Positions 37,997 through 48,321 of a DNA stretch of 64,000 nucleotides are shown in pieces. A model generated the notes under the pieces. It saw only the letters and a program-made list of their open reading frames with translations, was not told the origin of the DNA and did no database searches. The position numbers and the translations under genes were made by a program. The DNA lies in the IMG/VR virus record IMGVR_UViG_3300045993_000425, positions 1 through 64,000 of that record. One strand, given 5' to 3'. The DNA is from a virus. The stretch's first letter is position 1; the number at the start of each line of letters is the position of its first letter.

Positions 37997-40603
37997 CTAC
38001 CGAGACATGTCGAAAGACACCGGAATCAGGACATCTGAGCCTCTGACACCCAGCTCCAGGCCGACCCTAGCAACAGGACCATCTATTTTGACCGAGGCAG
38101 ACCTGATGCCGGTCAAGTTCTTATTCTGGAATGTGCCCCTGAGCCCAGCCATCAGGTCTTTGGCCGACACATCTGCCAAGCTAGAACCAACCGGAAGGTC
38201 GACACCGAAGCCAGGATGCAGCATCATGGCCCCTCTGGGAGTCGAGAGGGCAATCCTAGTCCACTGGATCAGCGACTCTAGGCCGTAGCAGAACGGCCAG
38301 TTACCATCCGGCTGAATTGCGATGTCGCCACGCTCTGTGAGTGCTCCATCGATGTCCCCAGCCTCGAGGATTTTGGCTAGGTCGGACTCATTCGGGCTAT
38401 AGGGCTGGTTGATCTGGCTAGTGTCGTCGCTAGGGATATAGAGAACCTGCCCAGAGTGGACGGTGTGAGGTGCCCACCACCTTGCTTTGGCGTTCTCTGT
38501 GACCTTCCAGAGGTCCAAGTCAGCGTCCCCATCCAGCGTGACCATCCACATCGAGGGTCCATCCTGGCGAACATTTCTGACAGTCCGCACCTCGACACGC
38601 CTGATGTCCGAGAAGATATGGATCGACTGCCCCAGGACGAGGCTGGAAGCGTCAGCTAGAGCGATCTGATTCCCTCTGCCGTTGATCAGGAGCGAGGCTG
38701 TGGTGCCTGTCTCGTCGATGTAGGGCTGGCGAAGGTCGTTCAGAGCGGCGATCTCAAACCACCTCTGGCTATCTCCCAGGTACTGCTGCGCCATTCGCTC
38801 GAGGGAGCCCCCGTAGGTGTAAGGAACCGCGAACTTGGACTTGGGAACCCTCATGGCGATCTGCGCTTGGTTGGCTACGCCTGCAACGTAGTCAATGGTC
38901 AACTTGGGTGGATTCCTGACTGTCTGGGCTAGGGTAGCCATCTGACCCATGACCTGAGCAGCCTCCATGAGAGCCGCAAGAACCTCTAGGTCTTCGTCCA
39001 TCGGCTCCCTTTGCTGGACGACGGTCGTGGTGGTGGTTGTGTTCGTACCGCTGACGATGGTGTCTCCATGCTGACCCTTGTCCTGGCTAGCTGGTTCGGC
39101 ACCAGGCGACCTCATGCAGGTATTGAAGGTGTCGCTACCGAGCCCCACCTTGGCTGCGTACTTCGCCAGTGTGTCTAAGATCTGCTGCTGGAACTTCCTG
39201 AAGTCCGCAGCTGTCAGCTTACGAACCTCCTTGAGCTCCTCCTCGATCATCTTCTTGACTTTGCTGTTCTGGGGAGCGGTCCTGGCATCGATCATGCTAT
39301 TGATGGCATCCCTGGTAGCTGGGTTCATATTCGCCATGATCTCAGCCGCTGTCGCGCTACCGTTGCCCGCATCATTCCTGGCCTGATCGAGGTCTTCGTT
39401 GATGCTCTGGTCGGTTCCGGTGGTTCCACGCAGGACATCTGGAGGTCCCAGCCCTGGCGGATTGGGCCCAAGCTGACCGAAGTTCTGGTTGCTGGGGGCT
39501 GTTGAGTCCTTCCTGAGGATGGCGGCGAGGCTGTTGGCTGAGTCACCGAAGGAATTGATTCCTTTGTACCATTCCTGCTGAATGACGTTCTTGAAGTCAC
39601 TCAGGGTGGTGACGAAGCCGCCGACATCTTTGATCAGCAAGCCAACCTCTCGGATCGGACCCATTACAGTGCTGTCAAAATCCTGCTCGATGCCTGTGAT
39701 GATGCTGCTCAGGCCCTGAAGGGTGTTATGCAGAGCATTCAGCCGTCCCATGATCTGGCTGAAGATGGATGCATCTCGAGGTTTGGCAGAGCGCCAAGCT
39801 AGTTCTTGTGGCTCCACAGCTCCGATCTTTGAGGGATCGATCCTCTTCCATGCTTGGAATTGTAGCGAGTATCGGTACTCGAAAGGGCTCCCAGCGGACC
39901 TGCTCACTCGAAAAGCCTGAGGGGTCACAAGATAGGCTGCTTGTTCCTTCCAGATCAGCAGAGCGAGGCGTAGATCTCGCCCAGAGGTGGTCTTCTTGAC
40001 TTCAGCGTAGGACTCTAGGTATCGCTGAAGGATGCGGAATTGGGCATAGCCTGATTCTCGCGGGTCGATCTCATTGTCTACGTTGACCTTGAACTCTGGT
40101 CCTAAGACAACCTGACGAGCCGATGCAATGGTTCTGGTGACGGCAGAGATTGTTCCACCAAATAGCCCGCCTAGTTCATGCAGAAGCCCGCCTTGAAGTG
40201 ACTCGCCGCTCTTGCGGAGTGGATGCACACCGAATGTTCCCGAGAATGATATTTGCCTGAATGGGGCTCCTCCGTTTTGTTCAACCACTCCGTCTAGAGT
40301 AGCCGCAACAGAGGAGGCGAACGGCATCGCATTGCTTAGTTCCTCGGGGTTGATCGGGAGCGAAAAGATCGAATCGCTGAATACCGAGTATGAGCCGGGT
40401 CCAGCTTGAAGAACCACTAGTTCATAAGGATAGGACGAGGACCAGTTTCTGAACCCGATGTCTGATGAGACATCATAGCGGGCAGTAGCGGGCACCTTGC
40501 TAGCTAGGTCCGCTAGATTTTGCTCAACGTACCGACTGCTCAACAGTTCGGTCTTACCGTCAGCTGGACCACCCAGAATGTTCGCAATGCCGAGGACGTT
40601 CAT
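37997..40603 (-). CDS. Baseplate protein with LysM-like and gp25-like domains
   Basis: FSLPINPEEL; GSLERMAQQYLGDSQRWFEIAALNDL (LysM); LESLIQWTRIALSTPRGAMMLHPGFG (gp25/W). Confidence 0.8.
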   Translation of the reverse strand: MNVLGIANILGGPADGKTELLSSRYVEQNLADLASKVPATARYDVSSDIGFRNWSSSYPYELVVLQAGPGSYSVFSDSIFSLPINPEELSNAMPFASSVAATLDGVVEQNGGAPFRQISFSGTFGVHPLRKSGESLQGGLLHELGGLFGGTISAVTRTIASARQVVLGPEFKVNVDNEIDPRESGYAQFRILQRYLESYAEVKKTTSGRDLRLALLIWKEQAAYLVTPQAFRVSRSAGSPFEYRYSLQFQAWKRIDPSKIGAVEPQELAWRSAKPRDASIFSQIMGRLNALHNTLQGLSSIITGIEQDFDSTVMGPIREVGLLIKDVGGFVTTLSDFKNVIQQEWYKGINSFGDSANSLAAILRKDSTAPSNQNFGQLGPNPPGLGPPDVLRGTTGTDQSINEDLDQARNDAGNGSATAAEIMANMNPATRDAINSMIDARTAPQNSKVKKMIEEELKEVRKLTAADFRKFQQQILDTLAKYAAKVGLGSDTFNTCMRSPGAEPASQDKGQHGDTIVSGTNTTTTTTVVQQREPMDEDLEVLAALMEAAQVMGQMATLAQTVRNPPKLTIDYVAGVANQAQIAMRVPKSKFAVPYTYGGSLERMAQQYLGDSQRWFEIAALNDLRQPYIDETGTTASLLINGRGNQIALADASSLVLGQSIHIFSDIRRVEVRTVRNVRQDGPSMWMVTLDGDADLDLWKVTENAKARWWAPHTVHSGQVLYIPSDDTSQINQPYSPNESDLAKILEAGDIDGALTERGDIAIQPDGNWPFCYGLESLIQWTRIALSTPRGAMMLHPGFGVDLPVGSSLADVSAKDLMAGLRGTFQNKNLTGIRSASVKIDGPVARVGLELGVRGSDVLIPVSFDMSR

Positions 40604-40612
40604 ATTTCCTCA

Positions 40613-40828
40613 CTAAGCAATCTTGCCTGGTGCGGTCGTTGCGCCATCTTGGGCAGCTGCGGTTCCAGTGGTTTTGACGGTAATCCCTGGCAGAACCTGG
40701 GCATTCTTGACGATGTGCGCCACGATAGCGTTAGCTAGAGCCTCAAAGGCCTTCCTTCTGTCGTCATTGGGCTGTCCTCCAATGGCTGCCAGCATCTCTT
40801 GGGCTAGCAACTGTGGGTTCATCGGCAT
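40613..40828 (-). CDS. Small baseplate-associated protein
   Basis: LANAIVAHIVKNAQV; position after the spike gene; RBS GGAG. Confidence 0.6.
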   Translation of the reverse strand: MPMNPQLLAQEMLAAIGGQPNDDRRKAFEALANAIVAHIVKNAQVLPGITVKTTGTAAAQDGATTAPGKIA

Positions 40829-40837
40829 GGTAGGCTC

Positions 40838-41689
40838 CTACTTGTTCGCCATTACGGTCTGGGATGCGTTCCCGAGGGCACCATAAGGCGTCCCTGTGAA
40901 CGTATCGATGCCGGATGCTAGGACTACACCACCCTGCATAGGCTGTAGATTGTCGGCGCCCAGCTGCACCTTGCCTGCCTCGACCAAGACAGAGGTCGCC
41001 TTGACGGTTACATTCTTTGCGGTCACCACGATTGAGTTGCTAGCTGGGCTGATGAGGATACTGTCGCCATTTTGGTCATCGACCTTGATATCCCCGCTGG
41101 CATCCAGGGTGACCGTGCTGCCCTTGTTGGTCGCCTTGCGCTTACTGTCTGGGGAGCCGTCCAGATTGGTGGCACCTGGGACCTTCAGAACCAATGTCCC
41201 GTTGTCATCGATGTCAACATGGACTCCGTTGAACTCAAAGCTCAGGAATCTTTTCTTGGCCGGATCTGCGGTTGTGACAGCAGGGTGACGGACCCCAGAG
41301 ATAATCACACCTCTGTGCGTCTCTCCATTGACGCAGGCGAACAGGACCATTGAGCCGTCGCCAACAACCTCCTGAGTTGTTGGTGGGATTACCTGAGCTC
41401 GGAGGCTATACCTCATGTAGTCTGCCTGACCACCGAACCAATCTGCTAGGACACACCTATACAAAGTCGAACACTCGATCCCGCGCCGATCTCGGTGGGT
41501 GGCTCTAACCAAGTACTCGTTCTGCGTCTTCGATTCGTTGGTGCTGTCTGTCGGATAGTCTATTCGCTCGATCTCACCAAGGCGCAGCGAGTCATCACCA
41601 GACATGGAAGTATATCCGCTAGTCACCCTGGAGGTGTCGCAAACGCCAAACATTGAGGCAAGAACCGTCCCGTTACTTAGTCTTGTCAT
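40838..41689 (-). CDS. Baseplate central spike (gpV/gp5-like)
   Basis: OB-fold-like N-terminus (GSMVLFACVNG..GVIISG) and beta-helix-like C-terminus; synteny. Confidence 0.7.
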   Translation of the reverse strand: MTRLSNGTVLASMFGVCDTSRVTSGYTSMSGDDSLRLGEIERIDYPTDSTNESKTQNEYLVRATHRDRRGIECSTLYRCVLADWFGGQADYMRYSLRAQVIPPTTQEVVGDGSMVLFACVNGETHRGVIISGVRHPAVTTADPAKKRFLSFEFNGVHVDIDDNGTLVLKVPGATNLDGSPDSKRKATNKGSTVTLDASGDIKVDDQNGDSILISPASNSIVVTAKNVTVKATSVLVEAGKVQLGADNLQPMQGGVVLASGIDTFTGTPYGALGNASQTVMANK

Positions 41690-41692
41690 TTG

Positions 41693-43519
41693 TTAGTCTC
41701 CGGTCACGTCAGGGATGACTACTTTGGTCGGGTCCAGAGCGGCGAATATGTCGGCTCGGTTGGTCGATGATTGAGGTGGAACCGACACACCATGACTTAA
41801 CTGCAAGGTCGTGCGGAATGATCTTCGACCATCGGGGTTGCATACAGCTTGGTGTGTCACTTGCTCGATGTGAAATACGATGTCGTCAAACTCTAGGTTG
41901 TCGCCAGGTGCGACAGGAGCCTGCAACCCAATACATTCTATCGTTCCGTTAAGCCATAGTTGCTGACCCATAACTAGGTCGCACATCAGGTCGCGCCAGA
42001 CGGTAGGCCCTTTCTGCGCCTCTGCCAGAAGACAATTGATGCTTCTGATGTACGGTCGGATACCATGCCTCTTGACATCAAGGGTGTCGATAATAGGAGG
42101 AGCCCTGACGAAGCTGTTGTAGTCATCCCTAGCCCACAGTCCCTGTGCCGAGATGTAGACCATATTGAATCTGGCTGCATCGCTGCGCCCTATATCGAGT
42201 CCATAGACCATGTCGACAGACAGTTTCCATCTCGGAAGTTCAAGGAAACGGGTCGCGTCAGCATTGGTTGCCGACCTGCCAAAATTGATCTGGTTCTGTG
42301 TAGGGCCGTACATGCTGCTGTTTCCGGTGCCTCCGAATTGCTCCATCGTTTTTGCATCCTGCTGCGCCGCTTTCTGACCTTCGTCTTGGTTGATGTCCAG
42401 CAAGCTCTGAACCATGTCTGAGCTGTATGGTGTCTGTCGCACGACAAAGCTGGGCAGCAACCGACCTGTCTTAGGCTCAGACCGGATGGCTACATACATC
42501 TCATTGATCGGAGGGTTGCAGTACGTTGACAGAGTGTTCCAGACAGTCTGATTGGGCGCCGGAGCGGCCAGCTTAAATTGCCCAATCATATCGGTCAACT
42601 CTGGCTCAAACAGCACCTCGGGGGTGCCCTTAGTCGATTGTTCGTCGCCTCCTGCTTGATTCTGATAGTGCTGGAGCCCGACCTTAACCGACAGCATATC
42701 GGCCCATGTGGGACTCACATTAGTCGGCGTCACACCTAGCCACTTAGCAACATCCTCATGAATCAGGTATCTGGTGTTTGCCGTAGCGGTTACGGTTACG
42801 GACGGCAGCTTGGTCGGCTGTGCCTTCGCCCAAGCCCCATCTCCGAAGATGCATCCAATCAAGGCAGGCAGCACCTTGTTGATGTCGATCCCCGACCCAT
42901 TGGTACTACTCGACCCATTGGTGATTTTCTCGATCTCCAGCCCGAAGTCCTTCAGGTTGGCTAGTTCTACCATCCCTTTCTGCAACTGCGGGTGGTAGTA
43001 CAACAGCGAATCAAACTCTCCAAAGCCGACCGCCTGCATCGAAAACGATGTCGATCTGGTCCCATCTGCCTGCACATGAATGCTCTTACGGAACGAAGAT
43101 ACCTTGCCGATGAACTTTAGGCCTCGGTTGAACTGATTGATCGGTCGCCAGTTCAGCATATCGTCCTCAAGTTGCTTGCCTTCCTGCTCATTGTTGACAA
43201 TACAAGCGACAACCCAATCACCAGGCATGATGAGAGGCAGGTAGTCGATATATGGCACGAGAACAGCCTGAAGATTGGTGACGTGACTATCCTTGGCTGC
43301 CGCTACGGTCAACTGTACGATCTGCTGGCTCAGGATTAGCATGTTTCTGGACTTCATCGCATCCGCATCGTTTGTTGATACTGAGTTGATTTCATCCTTG
43401 GTCTTCGGATCGAATGTCACCTGATTGTCAAAGCGGGCAATTCCGACCACCCAGTAAGGTGACTGATCGATTAGGTCATCGGAAGGGAAGTCGGTTCTGA
43501 GGTTGTAGGTCGGGGCCAT
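41693..43519 (-). CDS. Baseplate hub (gp27/gpD-like)
   Basis: Follows the tape measure; LNGTIECIG..PGDNL..FHIEQVTH..TTLQLSHG. Confidence 0.75.
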   Translation of the reverse strand: MAPTYNLRTDFPSDDLIDQSPYWVVGIARFDNQVTFDPKTKDEINSVSTNDADAMKSRNMLILSQQIVQLTVAAAKDSHVTNLQAVLVPYIDYLPLIMPGDWVVACIVNNEQEGKQLEDDMLNWRPINQFNRGLKFIGKVSSFRKSIHVQADGTRSTSFSMQAVGFGEFDSLLYYHPQLQKGMVELANLKDFGLEIEKITNGSSSTNGSGIDINKVLPALIGCIFGDGAWAKAQPTKLPSVTVTATANTRYLIHEDVAKWLGVTPTNVSPTWADMLSVKVGLQHYQNQAGGDEQSTKGTPEVLFEPELTDMIGQFKLAAPAPNQTVWNTLSTYCNPPINEMYVAIRSEPKTGRLLPSFVVRQTPYSSDMVQSLLDINQDEGQKAAQQDAKTMEQFGGTGNSSMYGPTQNQINFGRSATNADATRFLELPRWKLSVDMVYGLDIGRSDAARFNMVYISAQGLWARDDYNSFVRAPPIIDTLDVKRHGIRPYIRSINCLLAEAQKGPTVWRDLMCDLVMGQQLWLNGTIECIGLQAPVAPGDNLEFDDIVFHIEQVTHQAVCNPDGRRSFRTTLQLSHGVSVPPQSSTNRADIFAALDPTKVVIPDVTGD

Positions 43520-43522
43520 GAT

Positions 43523-46270
43523 TTAGTGTGCCAGGTCTTCTTTAGGCAGACCGGCCTGTTCGTTGGTTGGTGACTTGTGCGCGTCTCTGTCGAGTGGCAT
43601 TGATGGACCCTTTTCATCAGGTGTAAGGTCCGGCTTCTTGAGCCCCATCATGATGAGGAACATTTCATTGACCTTGGATCCACTTGTGGTCAGCTGTTCC
43701 ATCAACTCCCTGAACTTCTCCCCTTGCTTAAACATAGCCTTGGAGAACACATCTTTCTGGTCGCCACCTCCCCCACCTGTGGCCTTCCGACTCGCCTCTC
43801 CAGAGCCGTCTCCCATTGACCTGACTTGTCCGGTTGCTGCTTCTGCGCTTCCGAATGTTTCTGGATCGATCTGGTATTCTAGGTTTGCCAGCACCCTGAA
43901 GTTGTCTTCGCTTGCCCCAAGTCCGTCCTTCCTGGACTTGTCGTTTCTCCACTTCAAGACATCGCCCTTATACTCATCACCCAGAATCAGGTTGGCGAGC
44001 TTTGTCGCCTGCGTACCGGCTCCGGATGTTCCCCCGATGTAAGTGCCTAGAGCCCTGGTCGCACTGAACCTGACTTTATCTTCGATGTTCTTTCGTGTGA
44101 TACCCATAGAACTGAACTCAATTGGGATATCTTTGGTTAGGTAGTTGCCATTCTTGTCTTTCCTCAATAGACTCATGGCTGTGGCATAATCGAGGTTCGC
44201 CAACATGTTCTGACCTAGCAAGTTGTTGCCAGGCATGACCTTCACCGCATCTGCTAGGTTGACAGAGCGCCGCCAGTCGGTAGCTCCTTTCAATAGGTTG
44301 TCCCCTACCTGCAATCCCATTTGGTTCTGCTGCAACATCCGAAGCTGCTCTGGGCTCTTCATCTTGTTGGGGTCAATGCCGCTCGAGAGCATGCCGACTA
44401 GGCCATCCATAGACCCAATGGTGCGGTTAGGACCCATCAATGCAGCCACGGCACTGCCGAGAGTCTCCTGTACCACCGTTTGGTCAAGACCCGTGTGGCG
44501 CAGTGTTTTCAGTAAGTCCCCGCCACCAAGTGCTCCAATGGCTGCGATAGTCGCCGCTGCCCCACCAGACATGCCTCCAGACACTGATGTTATTGCAGAA
44601 CCATACAACCCTTTGGTCTTTAGTACCCCTCTCCCGCCAGCACCGACTAATGCCTCTAGCAAACCTTGTTGCTGCTCTGGTGTCATCCCAGACTTGTAGG
44701 CATTTCGCGTTGCTAGCTCGATGGACGATGCTGACAACCCGATGCGATTCGATGTAGCGACCAATCCTTGTGCTCGACTTAGAGCTGTGCTAATGGCTGC
44801 GTTCTCTCTCGTCTGCGAGGCTTTCTTTCTGGCGACTGAATCCGCCTCTTGTTCGTTCAGCATAGCGTTGACGTTTGCGTCTGCGTTGGCTAGCTCAGCT
44901 TGCCGAATATTTGGATGTAGGATGTTTCGTGCTGTATTATCCAGATATCCCCAGATTGTCTTCTGTCTCTCTCCTAGATCGTAGGCAGCGGCTCGAGACT
45001 TCCCGAAGCTTGCGGCTGAACCGTCGTCATCGCTAACGGTGCCGATTCTTCTGCTATCAATGATCTGCTGACGGGCATATTCCGTAATCAAGTCACCGTG
45101 CTGGATACTTGCCTGCATCTGCCCTACGCTCTGTCCTGACCTCGCTGCGATGCCCATCTGCATATCAGCAGCTTGCTGTCGTAGTTCAAGCGTATCTCTC
45201 TGGTATCCATGCACAAACTGCCCAGCCTTAACGCCGGCGTAGATTCCAGCGAGTCCTAGCCCGAGAGCCCCTGCTCCACCAGCAATAAACGCTAGCCTGC
45301 CTCCAGCTAGTGTGTTAGCCAATCCTCCAGCACCGGGAATTGAGCCAAGAGCCCCCGCCAGCATTCCAAAGCGATCACTTCCCTCCTCGCCATATCCTGC
45401 CTGCTGATCTAGAAGGGACTTGTGATTGGCCGAAACACTAGCAAGTCGTCTACCGGCTGTCGCCATGCGCTCGTTCGCTGCGATTCGCTCTTTAGAAGAG
45501 GCCGCGCTCTCTGCCTTATCCTTCCACTTGGCGTAGCTATCCGACAGCCCGTTGATGATTCGCTTGGACTTCTCCAGCTTCTTGTCTAGGTCTTCTACCG
45601 ACCTCCCGAGCACCTCCTTCAGGACCCGTCCCGTCTTGCCGGCCTCCCCACCGAGTTCCTTGATGAGAGCCTTGTCCTTCAGGATGGCATTGGACAAACC
45701 GCCACGCTGCTCTGGTGACATCAGCTGCTTTTCATGCAGACGCTTGGGCTTCTCATCTGGAGCAACCAACGTCCTCTCGCTACCCAGCTCCCCCTGCTTG
45801 ACATACAGCTTCGATACAATGCGATTCACTTGTTCGTTTTTCTTTACAAGCTTGGGCACTTGACTAGGGTTGACCTCCCTCGCAAGGTCTAGAGCTGCTT
45901 GGGTGCCCTCCTTCAACGCCAAAGCCTTCTGGAGCCTAGAGGTTGTCTTAGAGATTCGACTGTCCACTTGCGCCAGTGACTGACTCAGCACCTGCTTGAG
46001 AACACGGTCGAGGGTCTTCGCTTGGTCCCCTAGTTCCGCGAACCCCCTCTTACGCTCTAGGAGGAACTTCGCGAAAGCTCCCTGCGCCAGATTCTGCTGC
46101 TGGGCAGACATAGGTCTGCTACCGGCACCACCAGCCCCACCCTGCCCAATTGCGCTGAAGACCTTGCTAGCCTGACCACCCTGGCTGATGATCTGCTGGA
46201 GTACCTGAAGGATCTGCCTACCACCGCTGGCATCACCTTTGATCGCAATACGCAAGTTGGTATCGGCCAC
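43523..46270 (-). CDS. Tape measure protein
   Basis: 915 aa, helical, Ala/Gly-rich, directly after two chaperone ORFs. Confidence 0.75.
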   Translation of the reverse strand: MADTNLRIAIKGDASGGRQILQVLQQIISQGGQASKVFSAIGQGGAGGAGSRPMSAQQQNLAQGAFAKFLLERKRGFAELGDQAKTLDRVLKQVLSQSLAQVDSRISKTTSRLQKALALKEGTQAALDLAREVNPSQVPKLVKKNEQVNRIVSKLYVKQGELGSERTLVAPDEKPKRLHEKQLMSPEQRGGLSNAILKDKALIKELGGEAGKTGRVLKEVLGRSVEDLDKKLEKSKRIINGLSDSYAKWKDKAESAASSKERIAANERMATAGRRLASVSANHKSLLDQQAGYGEEGSDRFGMLAGALGSIPGAGGLANTLAGGRLAFIAGGAGALGLGLAGIYAGVKAGQFVHGYQRDTLELRQQAADMQMGIAARSGQSVGQMQASIQHGDLITEYARQQIIDSRRIGTVSDDDGSAASFGKSRAAAYDLGERQKTIWGYLDNTARNILHPNIRQAELANADANVNAMLNEQEADSVARKKASQTRENAAISTALSRAQGLVATSNRIGLSASSIELATRNAYKSGMTPEQQQGLLEALVGAGGRGVLKTKGLYGSAITSVSGGMSGGAAATIAAIGALGGGDLLKTLRHTGLDQTVVQETLGSAVAALMGPNRTIGSMDGLVGMLSSGIDPNKMKSPEQLRMLQQNQMGLQVGDNLLKGATDWRRSVNLADAVKVMPGNNLLGQNMLANLDYATAMSLLRKDKNGNYLTKDIPIEFSSMGITRKNIEDKVRFSATRALGTYIGGTSGAGTQATKLANLILGDEYKGDVLKWRNDKSRKDGLGASEDNFRVLANLEYQIDPETFGSAEAATGQVRSMGDGSGEASRKATGGGGGDQKDVFSKAMFKQGEKFRELMEQLTTSGSKVNEMFLIMMGLKKPDLTPDEKGPSMPLDRDAHKSPTNEQAGLPKEDLAH

Positions 46271-46272
46271 GA

Positions 46273-46767
46273 CTATGCCTTTCGGATCATGGGTCCGAGC
46301 GGGTCTGAGCTCAGGAACCTGTCATCTTTTAGATTGCGACCGAACTGCATATCGATTAGGTTTTCTTCATTCTCGGGCAGGACCAATTTGGGCTTCTTCG
46401 ATTTGTCGGCACCTGCCTTCAGCTTTGCCGACTTCTCTTTGTCTGCCTTCACGTCTTTGTTCAGCTGCTCGAGGAAGCGGTCGTCGGCTTCTTCTGCTGC
46501 CTTCTCTGCTGCCAGACGCTTCTCTCGCTCTTCTTCGCTCTCTGAGAGCACCTCTGCGTACTCAGACCTCTGCTGCTCAGGCATCTCATCGAAGATGTGC
46601 TCAAACCAGGCTTGCAGAACCTGCTCGACAGGAAGTTCGGAGACTACATGTAGGGGTGTGTGAAACGTGACACTGTACTGCCTGCAAACGTGACGCAGCC
46701 ATGCTTGACGGTCGGGATTAAGGACCGCCAGCATGGCTCGACACTCGATCGCCCGATCGAGGTCCAA
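46273..46767 (-). CDS. Tail assembly chaperone (downstream part)
   Basis: RQYSVTFHTPLHVVSELP motif; synteny; start codon uncertain. Confidence 0.6.
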   Translation of the reverse strand: MDLDRAIECRAMLAVLNPDRQAWLRHVCRQYSVTFHTPLHVVSELPVEQVLQAWFEHIFDEMPEQQRSEYAEVLSESEEEREKRLAAEKAAEEADDRFLEQLNKDVKADKEKSAKLKAGADKSKKPKLVLPENEENLIDMQFGRNLKDDRFLSSDPLGPMIRKA

Positions 46768-46770
46768 GGC

Positions 46771-47166
46771 TTACTTCGACTCAAGCTCTCGGAGCTTCTT
46801 TTGGGCCTCTTCACCCTGCTTCTTGACTTCATCTGCGTGCTGGTCGCGAACCTTGCGTACCTGCTCATAGACTGCCATCAGGAGGTTGGTGTCAGAGTGC
46901 CCTACACCACCAGCCCACCACTCTGGCGACTCGGTCAGGCGCACCTGTAGTTCGGCTAGGATGCTCGCTGCTGCCAGGGCCTCAGGGTCGACAGAGTCGT
47001 AGGGGCCTGGACCCAGGAGATCTCGCCGGATACGGTCGATCCGAAGCTGGTCGCCAAAGCTGAGAACTTCCTTCGACCGGAAATCTCCGTCCCAGGTTTT
47101 CCCTGTGACATCACCTCGGTCGACGTGGACGTTGAACTTGACACCTTCGTATTGCTTGATTGCCAT
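46771..47166 (-). CDS. Tail assembly chaperone
   Basis: LAELQVRLTESPEWW; synteny upstream of the tape measure. Confidence 0.65.
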   Translation of the reverse strand: MAIKQYEGVKFNVHVDRGDVTGKTWDGDFRSKEVLSFGDQLRIDRIRRDLLGPGPYDSVDPEALAAASILAELQVRLTESPEWWAGGVGHSDTNLLMAVYEQVRKVRDQHADEVKKQGEEAQKKLRELESK

Positions 47167-47241
47167 TTTTGTCCCTTCAGTTAGTTCCTATGAGGGAAGT
47201 AACAGAAAGCAGTGATCTGCGGGGCTGGGTGGTTGACTTGT

Positions 47242-47248
47242 AGATTGC
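47242..47248 (-). promoter_or_regulatory. AATCT late-promoter motif before the chaperone/tape-measure operon
   Basis: gcAATCTAca. Confidence 0.7.
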
Positions 47249-47399
47249 CACCGTGCTAGAGGGTTCCAATGATGATGTAGTGTCTTTCCATGAGTTAGGC
47301 TCAGAATAGGGAGGGGTCGTGCCACAAGCTGTGGGTTCGGTCGATGGTTCGCAGTTGGTGGAAGTCTTCTGGTTGCTAGACTTCTGCTACTGAGCCACC

Positions 47400-47924
47400 A
47401 TGCCTACCATCATCAATCGCACCTCTGTCTCCGACGACAAGCTGGCTCGCATCGTTCGCTTTCTTGGACGACGCCTCCCTGCGGTCACAGAGACAGCTAT
47501 CGTCTTTGAGACAACAGACCCCAAGGCTCCAGGGGCTGCTTGGATGACCGGTGAGGCCCATCCCGGTGGCGGCTGGTTCGCAGGACACCGCCAGAGGCAC
47601 TCCAGCGTGATCTACATCCCTACGCTAGAGCGCCCCTACCCTGTCACGATCCAGAATCCTGCGGCGGATGGTAGGTGCCCTTGGGAGACCCTGACCGATT
47701 GGGAGGAGGAGCTCCTGCTCGTCCTCGCCCATGAGTTGACTCATGTCGCCCAGTACGAAATGGCTGGAGCCAATCTCCTTGATGTCGTTCACGACGTTGA
47801 CGATGAGTACGAGCTGGAGGCCGCACAAGTCGCCAGCAAGATGCTCAGTGAGTGGCGCACCCGCGAGAGTGGGCAGCACAAGAAGATCAGGAAGGCAGAT
47901 AACGTCTATGAAACTGTGGCTTGA
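47400..47924 (+). CDS. Zincin-like metallopeptidase domain protein
   Basis: LAHELTHVAQ (HExxH) and downstream ELEA. Confidence 0.7.
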   Translation: MPTIINRTSVSDDKLARIVRFLGRRLPAVTETAIVFETTDPKAPGAAWMTGEAHPGGGWFAGHRQRHSSVIYIPTLERPYPVTIQNPAADGRCPWETLTDWEEELLLVLAHELTHVAQYEMAGANLLDVVHDVDDEYELEAAQVASKMLSEWRTRESGQHKKIRKADNVYETVA

Positions 47925-48321
47925 TGACAACAGACCTGCGCCTCATGGCTGGACCCCAGCTAGGACCGGCGAACAGGCCTCTCTACACCTCTTGACGCAT
48001 CCGGTCGATGAGATGAGCCTAGACTATGACCTCGACGAGCCAGATTGCTCTACATGTAGACAGCAGTGTGGTCTGCGTGAGCCTGGCGGCTGTCGAGTGA
48101 AGTGCGGCTGCCATTCCGGCTCAACCAACGGAATGGAGCTCTTGAAATGGATGCGATCACGAAACATCTGGCCAAGGACTCAGCCAGAGGTCCACTCAGC
48201 AAACAAGCACTGGGCTCCCAAGATGGTCGAGTTCATCCGAAGCAATTACCCAGGCGCACTCTCAAGGTCATCACCCAACCACCAACCTCAGGAACCTGCG
48301 GACCAGCCTCCATCGCCATGA
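47908..48321 (+). CDS. Cyclic-phosphate-processing receiver-domain protein
   Basis: MKLWLDDNRPAP.GW, SLDYDL, NGMELLKW, VHSAN. Confidence 0.8.
   Translation: MKLWLDDNRPAPHGWTPARTGEQASLHLLTHPVDEMSLDYDLDEPDCSTCRQQCGLREPGGCRVKCGCHSGSTNGMELLKWMRSRNIWPRTQPEVHSANKHWAPKMVEFIRSNYPGALSRSSPNHQPQEPADQPPSP

Noticed and set aside
47255-47399. tRNA/ncRNA or micro-ORFs (ATGATGATGTAG; 24-aa GTG ORF)
   Set aside because: No cloverleaf or convincing structure, and no support for translation from sequence alone
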